A DNA stretch of 64,000 nucleotides, from contig OZ242260.1 in the NCBI GenBank assembly GCA_965207065.1, positions 3,488,001 through 3,552,000 of the forward strand, written 5' to 3'. This DNA comes from a bacterium (lineage in GTDB: Bacteria > UBA8248). A program made the translations under genes and the position numbers. Numbering within the stretch: position 1 is the stretch's first letter; each line of letters opens with the position of its first letter. This document shows, one piece after another, positions 19,432 through 31,565 of this stretch. Below the pieces are notes generated by a model, which was not told the origin of the DNA, searched no databases, and was given only the letters and a program-made list of their open reading frames with translations.

Positions 19432-20607
19432 ATGGACTTCACACTCACTCCCGAACAGGAACAGCTCCAGAAGACGGCGCACGACTTCGCCGCGCAGGAA
19501 ATACGCCCCGTCGCGGCGGCGCTCGACAGGGAACCCGACCCGATGAAGCGTTTCCCCTGGGAGGTGCTGGAGAAAGCCAGCAAGCTGGGTCTGAGGACCC
19601 TGGCGCTTCCCGAGGATATGGGCGGGCCGGGATGCGACACCCTCACGCTGTGCCTCGTGGGCGAGGAACTCGCCTGGGGCGACATGGGCACGGCCATCAC
19701 CCTCGATCAGGACTGGAAAATCACCCATCTGTTCGAGAAACTGGCGAATGAAGAACAGAAGGCGCGATTCCGGAAATCCTTCCAGGAAGACCACCAGTTT
19801 CACCTGGCCGTCGGGATGACGGAGGAAACCGCCGGTTCGGACAACATCATCCCCTACAACAGCCCCGACGCCGGCGTGCGTACGTCCGCCGTGCGCGAGG
19901 GCGATGGCTGGATAGCCAACGGGAAGAAGCGTTACATCAGCAACGGGGGGATCGCGAAACTCTGCATCGTCGCCATGCGGACGGACCCGACGAAAGGCGT
20001 GGCGGAAGGCATGACGTATTTCATCATCACGCCGGATATGGAAGGTTTCCGCTACGGAAAAATTCACGACAAAATGGGGCAGCGGTTGTCCCTGAACGCG
20101 GAACTCATTTTTGAGAATTGCAGGATTCCGGATGAAAACCGCGTCACGGAAGTGAACCGCGCCATGGAGGCGCGCCGGTTGTTCTTCCCCGGCTCGAACA
20201 TCGAAGCCGCCGCCACCGTTCTCGGCACCGCCAGAGCGGCCTATGAAGACGCCTTGACGCACGCCCGGAGCCGGGTTCAGGGGGGCAAGCCGATCATCGA
20301 GCATCAGGCGATAGGCTTTATGCTGGCCGATTGTTTCGCCGAGTACGAAGCGAGCAAGCGCTTGCTCCACTACGCCGCCTGGACAATGGGCCAGAAGGGC
20401 CTTTATGACCCCAAGATGGGTTTCATGACCAAGTGTTTCGTGTCCGAATCCTCCTACCGGGTCGCAACGCGCGCACTGGAGGTCTGGGGCGGCACCGGTT
20501 ACATGACGGATGCGCCGATGGAGAAATACCTGAGAGATGTGACCAGTTTCCTGCATTCCGACGGGACGAACCAGGTGATGCGCATTCGTTCCATGAAGTT
20601 TTTATAG
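19432..20607 (+). CDS. Acyl-CoA dehydrogenase family protein
   Basis: MDFTLTPEQ, MTEETAGSD, NGKKRYISNG, KMGQR, RVQGGKPI, WGGTGY. Confidence 0.92.
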   Translation: MDFTLTPEQEQLQKTAHDFAAQEIRPVAAALDREPDPMKRFPWEVLEKASKLGLRTLALPEDMGGPGCDTLTLCLVGEELAWGDMGTAITLDQDWKITHLFEKLANEEQKARFRKSFQEDHQFHLAVGMTEETAGSDNIIPYNSPDAGVRTSAVREGDGWIANGKKRYISNGGIAKLCIVAMRTDPTKGVAEGMTYFIITPDMEGFRYGKIHDKMGQRLSLNAELIFENCRIPDENRVTEVNRAMEARRLFFPGSNIEAAATVLGTARAAYEDALTHARSRVQGGKPIIEHQAIGFMLADCFAEYEASKRLLHYAAWTMGQKGLYDPKMGFMTKCFVSESSYRVATRALEVWGGTGYMTDAPMEKYLRDVTSFLHSDGTNQVMRIRSMKFL

Positions 20608-20617
20608 CGGAGACGAA

Positions 20618-21706
20618 ATGACGAAATTAGCCATACGCGCACTGGAGGCGATACCTCTCAAAGTACCCCTCAAAAAAACTTTTCAAAGCTCGCTCGGCGT
20701 GTATACCCACCTCGACGTCGTGGTGGTGCATATTCACACGGAAGACGGCCCGAGCGGCACGGGATTCACGATGGGGCTGGGGGGTGAAGGCGGCGTCGCC
20801 ATGCTGCCTTATATCGAAAAAGAATTGGCGCCACTGGCTATCGGGCAAGACGCCCTGGCCCCCGAAGCGCTTTGGAATCGTATGTGGGCGCCGAACAAGG
20901 CGAGGATGCGCGGTGGCTTGGGCTTGTATTCTCTCTCCGCGGTGGACATCGCCTGCTGGGATATCGTGGCGAAGTTTGCCGGTCTGCCGCTAAACCGCCT
21001 GTTGGGCGGATTTCGCCAAAAAGTGCCCGTTTACGGGAGCGGAGGCTGGCATACGCTCCCGGATTCGGAACTGCTCGAAGAAGCCCAGGAGGCCGCCTCG
21101 CTCGGCATGAGCGGCTATAAACTCAAAATCGGCACGCCCCGCGACCCTGAGCGTCTCGAATTCTTAAGAAAAAATATGGGCGATGATTTCATTCTCTATT
21201 GCGACGCGAACCAGAAATACAACGTGCGCGAGGCGGTGGAGGTTTCATCCATGCTGGCGGAATACGGCGTTGCCTGGTTCGAAGAACCCGTGCTGGCCGA
21301 TTGCGTTGATGATCTCGCAGAGGTGGCGGAGAAAAGCATGGTGCCCACCGCGGCGGGTGAAAACGCCTACATGCGCTGGGGATTCCGAGAAATATGCGAG
21401 CGGCGGGCGGTGGGTTTTTTGCAGCCCGATGTTTGCCGCTGCGGCGGGGTGACGGAGTTCATTAAAATTGCGCATCTCGCCGATGCCTTCAATATTTCGC
21501 TGAGTAGTCATCTGGCCCATGAGTTGTCGGTCAGCCTCGTGGGCGCAACGCCCAGGGGCTATATGGTGGAATACATGGAATTCTTCTCACCTGATGATTT
21601 TACGCAAGATTTCACCGTGCGCGATGGGTACATCAATGTCCCCGAGGCGCCCGGCCACGGAGTGGAATTCACACCGGATGCCATAGAGCGCTACAAAGTT
21701 TCCTGA
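20618..21706 (+). CDS. Mandelate racemase/muconate lactonizing enzyme family (enolase superfamily)
   Basis: SAVDIACWD, KLK, DAN, FEEP, AGEN, QPDV, His in SSHL. Confidence 0.9.
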   Translation: MTKLAIRALEAIPLKVPLKKTFQSSLGVYTHLDVVVVHIHTEDGPSGTGFTMGLGGEGGVAMLPYIEKELAPLAIGQDALAPEALWNRMWAPNKARMRGGLGLYSLSAVDIACWDIVAKFAGLPLNRLLGGFRQKVPVYGSGGWHTLPDSELLEEAQEAASLGMSGYKLKIGTPRDPERLEFLRKNMGDDFILYCDANQKYNVREAVEVSSMLAEYGVAWFEEPVLADCVDDLAEVAEKSMVPTAAGENAYMRWGFREICERRAVGFLQPDVCRCGGVTEFIKIAHLADAFNISLSSHLAHELSVSLVGATPRGYMVEYMEFFSPDDFTQDFTVRDGYINVPEAPGHGVEFTPDAIERYKVS

Positions 21707-21739
21707 ATTTCCAAGAATCATTTTTGCTAGGAGATAGGC

Positions 21740-22666
21740 ATGAGACTGTTGTCATACGAATACAGAGGGCTTGAGAGAGTCGGCGTGTACGTTGGGGAGA
21801 AAATTACTCACCTGTCGCGTCTGGCTGGCATATTAGGCAAAAAAGAACTTGCTTTCGGCAGTATGATAGCACTCATAAACGCATGGGAAACGCATAGCCC
21901 TGCGTTACATGATTTGATTGAACAGGCCGAAGCGAATGCGGGAGATTTGGCGCCCGTCCTCATGGCGCCCGAAGATGTGCATCACATATCCCCGATTCCC
22001 CATCCTCCCAAACATGTTCTCTGCATGGGTCTCAATTATCAGGATCATGTAAACGAGGGATTGCAAGCAAAGGATGTGCAAACGGCAAGGGTTGAACTCG
22101 ACCATCCCATATTCTTCACCAAGGCCCAGAGCACTCTCATCGGACACAATGAAGGCATACCGGCACATCGGGTGACGGAAAAGCTCGATTATGAAGCTGA
22201 AATCGCTGTCATCATCGGCAAAAAGGGAAAAAACATACCTCAAGACAAGGCCTACGAACACGTTTTCGGCTATTGCTGCGCTAACGATATCTCAGCGAGA
22301 GATATTCAAAGGCGCCACAAGCAGATATTCAAAGGCAAGACCCTCGACGGCACATGTCCGCTTGGGCCATACATCGTCCCCAAAGAGGACTATGGTGACC
22401 CGATGAACCAGACCATAAAAAGCTGGGTAAATGGCGAAGCACGCCAGGATTCAAACACGAATATGATGATTCACGATATTCCGTCAATGATCTCGGTACT
22501 TTCAGAAGGTTTCACCCTGGAGCCGGGCGATATCTTTTTGACAGGCACGCCTTCAGGCGTAGGCTACGCACGTGCAACGCCTTCGTTTCTCACGCCGGGT
22601 GATGTGGTGGAAGTGGAAGTCGGTGGACTCGGCCGACTGCGCAACGAAATTATAGAAGCGGACTAG
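21740..22666 (+). CDS. Fumarylacetoacetate hydrolase family protein
   Basis: GLNYQDH, FFTK, DYEAE, NDISARD, GK, TGTPSGVG. Confidence 0.92.
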   Translation: MRLLSYEYRGLERVGVYVGEKITHLSRLAGILGKKELAFGSMIALINAWETHSPALHDLIEQAEANAGDLAPVLMAPEDVHHISPIPHPPKHVLCMGLNYQDHVNEGLQAKDVQTARVELDHPIFFTKAQSTLIGHNEGIPAHRVTEKLDYEAEIAVIIGKKGKNIPQDKAYEHVFGYCCANDISARDIQRRHKQIFKGKTLDGTCPLGPYIVPKEDYGDPMNQTIKSWVNGEARQDSNTNMMIHDIPSMISVLSEGFTLEPGDIFLTGTPSGVGYARATPSFLTPGDVVEVEVGGLGRLRNEIIEAD

Positions 22667-22700
22667 CTGATTTTGGGCGTTATCCCTGGGAGAATGAGTG

Positions 22701-23096
22701 ATGAGCGAAGAGTTTTACCCACCAGCAATTCGGCGCGGCGATACACAATACGGAGAAGGTTACACGGAAAAACTATTTGGTCGGTTGAATAAACTCGACC
22801 CTGACTTCTCCATGATGTTCCAGCGTTTCGTTCACGGGGGGCTGTATGATCGCGATGTTCTCCCACACAAGACGAGAGAATTTTGTGCTTTGGCGGCGTT
22901 ATGTGTTACTGGCCGTTTCAACCAGATGCGTTCTCATTTCACGGCTGCGAGAAGCTACGGTGCAACAGACAAAGAAATCATGGAAGTGATTTTCCAAATG
23001 TCGCCATATAGTGGTGTTCCCGCCGTCCTGGAAAGCCTCCGGGTGTTTGAGGATTGGTTGGAATCGGGAGGTGCGATGACAGGGTATGGGAAGTAA
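22701..23096 (+). CDS. Carboxymuconolactone decarboxylase family protein
   Basis: GGLYDRDVLPHKTRE, H-x2-AA-x2-G, EVIFQ-x2-YSGVP. Confidence 0.85.
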   Translation: MSEEFYPPAIRRGDTQYGEGYTEKLFGRLNKLDPDFSMMFQRFVHGGLYDRDVLPHKTREFCALAALCVTGRFNQMRSHFTAARSYGATDKEIMEVIFQMSPYSGVPAVLESLRVFEDWLESGGAMTGYGK

Positions 23097-23099
23097 GCG

Positions 23100-23930
23100 A
23101 TGCTTTCACCTTTGGCAAGGGAACGCGGCCTTAAAGGGAGGGTAGCGCTCATCACAGGCGCTGGAGGTGGAATAGGTCGAGGAATCGCTCGATGCCTAGC
23201 GGAAGAGGGTGTCCATTTAGCACTAGCCGATATTTCAAAATCCGGTGCTGAGGCAGCAGCAGAAGAAATAAGAAAATTCGACGTGAACATCATTCCATAC
23301 GTCCTTGATGTGACAGATAAGAGTCAATGCGCAGACATCGTAGATGCAACCAATAATGAAATGGGCAGCTTAGATATTGTGATCAACAATGCAGGTGTCA
23401 TAGGCGGAGCAGATTTCAAGCTAGGTATGCCTCTATCCGATATCAATGAAGACGACTGGGATGACACCTATAACGTCAACGTCAAAGGTGTCTTTTTGCT
23501 GTGTCAAGCATCGCTTGAAAAGATGAAGGGGAAAGGTTGGGGACGTATCATCAATATTTCCTCGCGAGCTGGACGTGATGGCCGCGAAACCATACCCCAT
23601 TACAGCGCGAGCAAAGCGGCGGTAATTATTTTTACCCAAGCGCTCGCGCGCGAAGTAGCTCGAGCAGGAATTACGGTGAACGCTGTTTGTCCAGGTCTGA
23701 TTTGGAGCGCAATGTGGGAACAGTTGGCCGGTAAGTTCAGAATAAAATTTCCAATTTTCAAAGGAAAAACTGCCAGAGAAGTTTTCGAGCATTTTGTGGA
23801 ACAAACACCTATGGGAGTCGAACAATCGACTGAAGATATCGGGCGTGCGGTCGCCTTTTTAGCGAGCGATGATGCGAAAACTATTACAGGCCAAGCTATT
23901 CTGGTCGACTCAGGAGCTGTCATGCGTTGA
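23100..23930 (+). CDS. Short-chain dehydrogenase/reductase
   Basis: TGAGGGIG, NNAG, YSASK, NAVCPG. Confidence 0.92.
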   Translation: MLSPLARERGLKGRVALITGAGGGIGRGIARCLAEEGVHLALADISKSGAEAAAEEIRKFDVNIIPYVLDVTDKSQCADIVDATNNEMGSLDIVINNAGVIGGADFKLGMPLSDINEDDWDDTYNVNVKGVFLLCQASLEKMKGKGWGRIINISSRAGRDGRETIPHYSASKAAVIIFTQALAREVARAGITVNAVCPGLIWSAMWEQLAGKFRIKFPIFKGKTAREVFEHFVEQTPMGVEQSTEDIGRAVAFLASDDAKTITGQAILVDSGAVMR

Positions 23931-24093
23931 ATTTGATTTATTTGATTTCAACTGCTTCTCGTTCTAAATTTTAGTTTGACTTGTTTCCGCAGCCTTGTTA
24001 ATTTGTTTTATCTATTACAAGTGAGTGACTGGGGTAACACTTGCTTTCATTTACAAAATAAACATGTCAGCAAGTTCCTGGGAGGTGTACCCC

Positions 24094-24999
24094 ATGCGCA
24101 AGAAGTACACCATTGTGGTGATACCAAGCAATTCCAGCAAAACCCGTCGCCTCAGTATCACGAGGGCAATGTTGATCCTGTTGGTTTTTGGGCTTTGTTC
24201 TCTCGCAGGAACAACGCTTTACCTAGCACAAGAGAGAGTTCATACAGCAAGGCATTTGGCTAAACTCTCCCCTCTGGAAAATCAAAACCAAACACAAAAA
24301 GAACTTCTCGAAAAATTCAATGCCAAGCTCCAGTCCCTAGACAACAACCTGATACAACTCAAACAACAAGAAGAAAAACTTCGAATCATGGCCTCGCTGA
24401 AACCGGGCAAAGAAAAAGACGACTTGGGAGTAGGAGGTGTCTCAAAAGATGCGCTTCCTGAAGGTTTGGAGAAACTTGCCCCGTCTGAACAAAGATTTAT
24501 TCGGAGATTAAATCGTCAATTCCAGGACATCGAAAAGCGTACCGCCGAACAGGAAAGCGCGTTCAAAGACCTATTGAGAGCGTTCCGCGACAGAAGTATC
24601 TTGCTTGCACACACACCTTCCATATGGCCTGTGAAGGGTTGGCTTTCATCCAGCTTTGGCTACAGGCGCTCTCCATTTACAAATCGACGAGAATTTCATG
24701 CTGGAATTGATATCGTCGCAAGGGAAGGAACCTCCATATTCGCCCCAGCAGATGGCGTTGTTATTAGCGATAGAAGAGCGGTAGGTTATGGCAAAATTCT
24801 TAAAATTCAGCACATGCAGGGTATCGTTACTACATTTGCTCACAATAGCGTGCATTTAGTGAAAGTCGGGCAACGCATACGGAGAGGCGACATCATTGCC
24901 AAAGTCGGTTCCACAGGCAGGTCCACAGGACCACATCTTCACTATGAAGTTAGAATAAATGGAGTCGCAGTCAATCCAAGACTATATATTGTCGAGTAA
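24094..24999 (+). CDS. M23-family peptidase with coiled coil (DUF5930-like N-terminus)
   Basis: HAGID, GRSTGPHLHYEV. Start at ATG 24094 after GGAGG. Confidence 0.9.
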   Translation: MRKKYTIVVIPSNSSKTRRLSITRAMLILLVFGLCSLAGTTLYLAQERVHTARHLAKLSPLENQNQTQKELLEKFNAKLQSLDNNLIQLKQQEEKLRIMASLKPGKEKDDLGVGGVSKDALPEGLEKLAPSEQRFIRRLNRQFQDIEKRTAEQESAFKDLLRAFRDRSILLAHTPSIWPVKGWLSSSFGYRRSPFTNRREFHAGIDIVAREGTSIFAPADGVVISDRRAVGYGKILKIQHMQGIVTTFAHNSVHLVKVGQRIRRGDIIAKVGSTGRSTGPHLHYEVRINGVAVNPRLYIVE

Positions 25000-25143
25000 A
25001 TAAAATCCCAGCAACCAGCCTGAAGATTCAGCTTTTTCTCCCTAATACAGCATGGTAGTCTATATATGCGCAAAGGTAGCTTGTACGCCTTCATCCCAAT
25101 GGAGATGTGATTGATGGTCTCAGTTTTTGAATCAAGTTTATCG

Positions 25144-27933
<2,790 letters not shown>

Positions 27934-28048
27934 CGCTTACATCTACAGAATTGGCATGTAACAACTAATGTTTCCATTCAGGCGATGGATTCGTTAGCTT
28001 GCGTCCAATAGAGAATGAAACATTTTCTCCAATCGTGAAGGTACAACC

Positions 28049-29062
28049 ATGAAATTCGGCATCATGCTCAGAGGTCAATTCACCTTGGAAGATGATATGC
28101 GATCTCGGTTCCATGAATTGATGGAACAAGCAAGAAGAGCCCAAGAATTAGGATTTGTTTCGATTACCAAAGGAAACCACTATAGCGCATATCCACTTCA
28201 GGATTTCCAGCAATTACCTTTTCTCGCTCGTATCAGTGCTGAAGCGCCAAAACTGCGTCTCAATGCCGGCATTGTACTCCTGTCTCTCCACAAGCCAATG
28301 GATATCGCCGAGCAGTTGGCAACCATTGACGTGATGTCAAGCGGGAAGCTCATATTTGGTGCCGGGCTTGGCTATCGTGAAGTGGAATTCAGGGGATTCG
28401 GCACAACGCAAAAGGAGAGGGTAAAGCGACTCGAGGAAAACCTGGAGGCCATCAAGCGACTATGGTCAGAAGAGAAAGTGTCGATGAAAGGATCACACTT
28501 CGAGCTCATCGAAGCATCTTGTCCTATGAAACCTGTTCAGAAACCACATCCGCCCATCTGGATCGGAGCGAACAGCGACGCTGGCATACGCCGTGCAGCC
28601 AGGCTAGGGGATTGTTATTACGTAAATCCACACAATCGCCTCGACACCACAAAGCGCCAGATAGAGCTTTACCGCCAGACTCTCGATAAAATCGGGAAAC
28701 CCTTCCCTGAAGAATTTCCGATGCGTCGTGAGGTGTTCGTCGCAAAAGACCGTTCAGAAGCCATTCGGCTCAGCAGGCCTTTTCTCGAGATAAAATATCG
28801 GGAATACCACCGTTGGGGCCAAGACAAGGCCATGCCCAAAGGAGATGACGATCTGGGGCAGCAGTTCGATGATTTATTGGAGGACAGGTTCATCCTTGGT
28901 TCGCCAGACGAAGTGGCAGAAGGGATATTGGAACTGGCAGATCTCGGTATTAATCACCTCATCATGAGCATTCAATGGCCGGGGATGCCTCAATCTCTCG
29001 TTTTGGAAACGATGCAGATGATGGCAGAAGAAGTGTATCCAAAAGTTCTGCAGGGAGTATAG
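28049..29062 (+). CDS. LLM-class flavin-dependent oxidoreductase (luciferase-like)
   Basis: AEQLATIDVMSSGKLIFGAGLGYR, PVQKPHPPIWIG, GSPDEV. Confidence 0.9.
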   Translation: MKFGIMLRGQFTLEDDMRSRFHELMEQARRAQELGFVSITKGNHYSAYPLQDFQQLPFLARISAEAPKLRLNAGIVLLSLHKPMDIAEQLATIDVMSSGKLIFGAGLGYREVEFRGFGTTQKERVKRLEENLEAIKRLWSEEKVSMKGSHFELIEASCPMKPVQKPHPPIWIGANSDAGIRRAARLGDCYYVNPHNRLDTTKRQIELYRQTLDKIGKPFPEEFPMRREVFVAKDRSEAIRLSRPFLEIKYREYHRWGQDKAMPKGDDDLGQQFDDLLEDRFILGSPDEVAEGILELADLGINHLIMSIQWPGMPQSLVLETMQMMAEEVYPKVLQGV

Positions 29063-29066
29063 TGAA

Positions 29067-30524
29067 GTGTCACCAACGCCTAGTGAAACATTGTGCCAAT
29101 TTTCCCATGACTTGGCATTTTATGACATCCCTACCGCAGTGGTTCACAAAGCGAAATTATTGATCCTTGATTTTCTAGGGATTGCTCTTGCAGCTTGTTC
29201 CATGGAAATTGACAAACCCTTGCGTGCAATGGCGATAGCTATGACGGGGAATATTCCGGCCACAGAAAACACCTCTTATGATTCGGGACCTTGCAGCACT
29301 ATAGGAGAGAAGTATCGAATGCCCGCGGCCACCGCAGCTTTTTTGAATGGTGCTCTGGGTCATTCACTCGATTTTGACGATACACACGCAAAATCAATCA
29401 TTCACACAGCAGCGCCTGTCGTGCCAGCGGCTTTTGCAGGAGCAGAAGTATTCCAGAAAAAAGGACAAGATATGATTCGAGCATGCGCGGCCGGGTTCGA
29501 ATCAGAAATTAGAATAGGGTTAGCTGCTCCAGGTAAATTTCATGCCCGTGGTTTCCATATGACCGCAATAGCCGGTACTTTTGGCGCCGCCATAGCCTAT
29601 GCGCTTCAAAGTGGGCTGAGCGCCGAAAGAATGAACTGGTCACTTGGTATATGTGGAAGCATGGCTGCCGGGCTCTTTGAATATTTGGAAAACGGGAGTC
29701 CAGTAAAGGCGCTTCATCCCGGTTGGGCGGCGCATGGCGGTATTTGTTCCACGATTCTCGCAGACAATGACTTCTCCGGTCCACAAACTGTTCTTGAGGG
29801 CAGATTCGGCTTGCTGAAGAGCCACTTAGGTGATGAAGAATTCGAAGTAGAAGCACTTACACGAGGGCTGGGTGAAATCTGGGAAACCTTGGCCACAGGC
29901 TTCAAACCCTATCCTTGCGGCCATGTGATTCATTCGTTTTTGGATGCCGGATTGCGCCTCAAAGAACGTGAAAAAATACATCACGCCAAAATTAAAAACA
30001 TCGTTTGTCATGCAGCCAAGGGGGCAATCGACCTGGTGCTTGATCCGATAGAGGTAAAGCGAAAACCTCGTGGTGAATACGACGCAAAATTCTCTTTGCC
30101 TTATTGTTTGGCGAGTATTTTTGTGAGGGGTAGGTGTGGAGTAGAAGATTTCGATAAACGCGCGATTGAAGACTCCACAGTATTAGCACTGTCGAATAAG
30201 GTTTCCTTTGCTCAAGATGATTCACAGGATTTTCCGAGATTTTTCCCCGGGGTTGTTGAAGTTCGTCTTGATGATGGGAGCACGTTTTTCGAGGAGGAAA
30301 AACATCAAAGAGGGTGCCCAGAAAATCCATTCACTGACGATGATGTTTATGAGAAATTCAAGGACAATGCCCAGCGCAGTCTCTCATCTGTAGAGGCAGA
30401 TAATTTGAAGGCGATGGTGATGAGCCTCGAGGATTTGGAAGACGTAAATGGTATAGGTGAATTGTTAAGAAGTGCAACTAATCATAGAGTGGATCCTCGA
30501 TCACTGTTACAAAATCCGGCATAA
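29067..30524 (+). CDS. MmgE/PrpD-family protein
   Basis: NGALGHSLDFDDTH, GFH, FKPYPCG, AKFSLPY, G-x-PENP. Confidence 0.9.
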   Translation: MSPTPSETLCQFSHDLAFYDIPTAVVHKAKLLILDFLGIALAACSMEIDKPLRAMAIAMTGNIPATENTSYDSGPCSTIGEKYRMPAATAAFLNGALGHSLDFDDTHAKSIIHTAAPVVPAAFAGAEVFQKKGQDMIRACAAGFESEIRIGLAAPGKFHARGFHMTAIAGTFGAAIAYALQSGLSAERMNWSLGICGSMAAGLFEYLENGSPVKALHPGWAAHGGICSTILADNDFSGPQTVLEGRFGLLKSHLGDEEFEVEALTRGLGEIWETLATGFKPYPCGHVIHSFLDAGLRLKEREKIHHAKIKNIVCHAAKGAIDLVLDPIEVKRKPRGEYDAKFSLPYCLASIFVRGRCGVEDFDKRAIEDSTVLALSNKVSFAQDDSQDFPRFFPGVVEVRLDDGSTFFEEEKHQRGCPENPFTDDDVYEKFKDNAQRSLSSVEADNLKAMVMSLEDLEDVNGIGELLRSATNHRVDPRSLLQNPA

Positions 30525-31551
30525 TGCGGAACCTGATCTCTTCACCTACATCTACCCTTAGATTAGGGTGTACACGCATTTTCAGCCGGTGTCCCTTGCC
30601 TATTTCATCGATTATTTCGACTTCCAACAAGATTGATTGTCCCACATAGCGAATAGTACAAACCTTCGCCCCAAAGGGACCGTTTTGGTCGATTTCAAAA
30701 CTCTCGGGCCTGACGGATATAAAAGCATCCGTGCCGAATTCGAGGTTTCGCATGGAGAGACAAGGAACTGGCCCAATGCTCGTCATCACCTCATCATAAC
30801 CGGCCGATAAAACGATACCTTGTAAAATATTTGTCTGTCCGACAAAACGAGCAGCGAATTCCGTAGCGGGGAATTGGTAAATTTCACGAGGCGAGCCGCC
30901 TTGTTCAACTTTTCCATTTCGCATGATTAAAATATGGTCCGCCATATACATCGCTTCTTGCGGATCATGAGTGACCATTAACGTGGTAACACCCATTTGC
31001 TTAATCAATTTCAGCGTATCTTCGCGCACCTGGACTCGCAGGTTGATGTCAAGCCCGGAAAATGGTTCATCCAAAAGCAGAAGCCGAGGGAGAGGCGCCA
31101 ATGCCCGAAGCAGGGCAACGCGCTGTTGCTGGCCTCCTGAAAGGGTATGGGGGTAAGCATCTGTTAATTCTACGATATCCATTTGGATCATGGTTCTTTG
31201 TATTTCAGCCATTATTTCTGGTGAAGGCTTATTGAAGCCGAAGGTGATGTTTTGCAATACATTCAAGTGGGGGAAGAGGGCATAATCCTGAAACATGAAC
31301 CCCACATTTCTGATTTCCGGAGGCGTCTCAATTCCACTTGCGGGATCGGATATCACAATTTTGTCGAGGCGAATCCTTCCAGATTGCAGAGAAGTCAGCC
31401 CAGCCACCAAACGCAATAATGTCGTCTTGCCACATCCAGAAGGCCCCAGCAGGCACGCAACCTCACCCTCTTCGACAGTCAAGGATAAGTTTTCGATTAC
31501 TCCTTTGTCGCCATATGAATGTGAAATTTTTTCAATATCGAGTTTGGCCAT
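30478..31551 (-). CDS. Fe(III) ABC transporter ATP-binding subunit (FbpC/FutC-like)
   Basis: GPSGCGKT, FQDYALFPH, LSGGQQQRVAL, LLLDEPFS. Confidence 0.9.
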   Translation of the reverse strand: MAKLDIEKISHSYGDKGVIENLSLTVEEGEVACLLGPSGCGKTTLLRLVAGLTSLQSGRIRLDKIVISDPASGIETPPEIRNVGFMFQDYALFPHLNVLQNITFGFNKPSPEIMAEIQRTMIQMDIVELTDAYPHTLSGGQQQRVALLRALAPLPRLLLLDEPFSGLDINLRVQVREDTLKLIKQMGVTTLMVTHDPQEAMYMADHILIMRNGKVEQGGSPREIYQFPATEFAARFVGQTNILQGIVLSAGYDEVMTSIGPVPCLSMRNLEFGTDAFISVRPESFEIDQNGPFGAKVCTIRYVGQSILLEVEIIDEIGKGHRLKMRVHPNLRVDVGEEIRFRIMPDFVTVIEDPLYD

Positions 31552-31565
31552 TTAGAGCATGAACC

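Noticed and set aside
24094-25143. SecM-like arrest peptide upstream of secA
   Set aside because: The upstream gene is an ordinary M23 peptidase with no arrest motif recognised.
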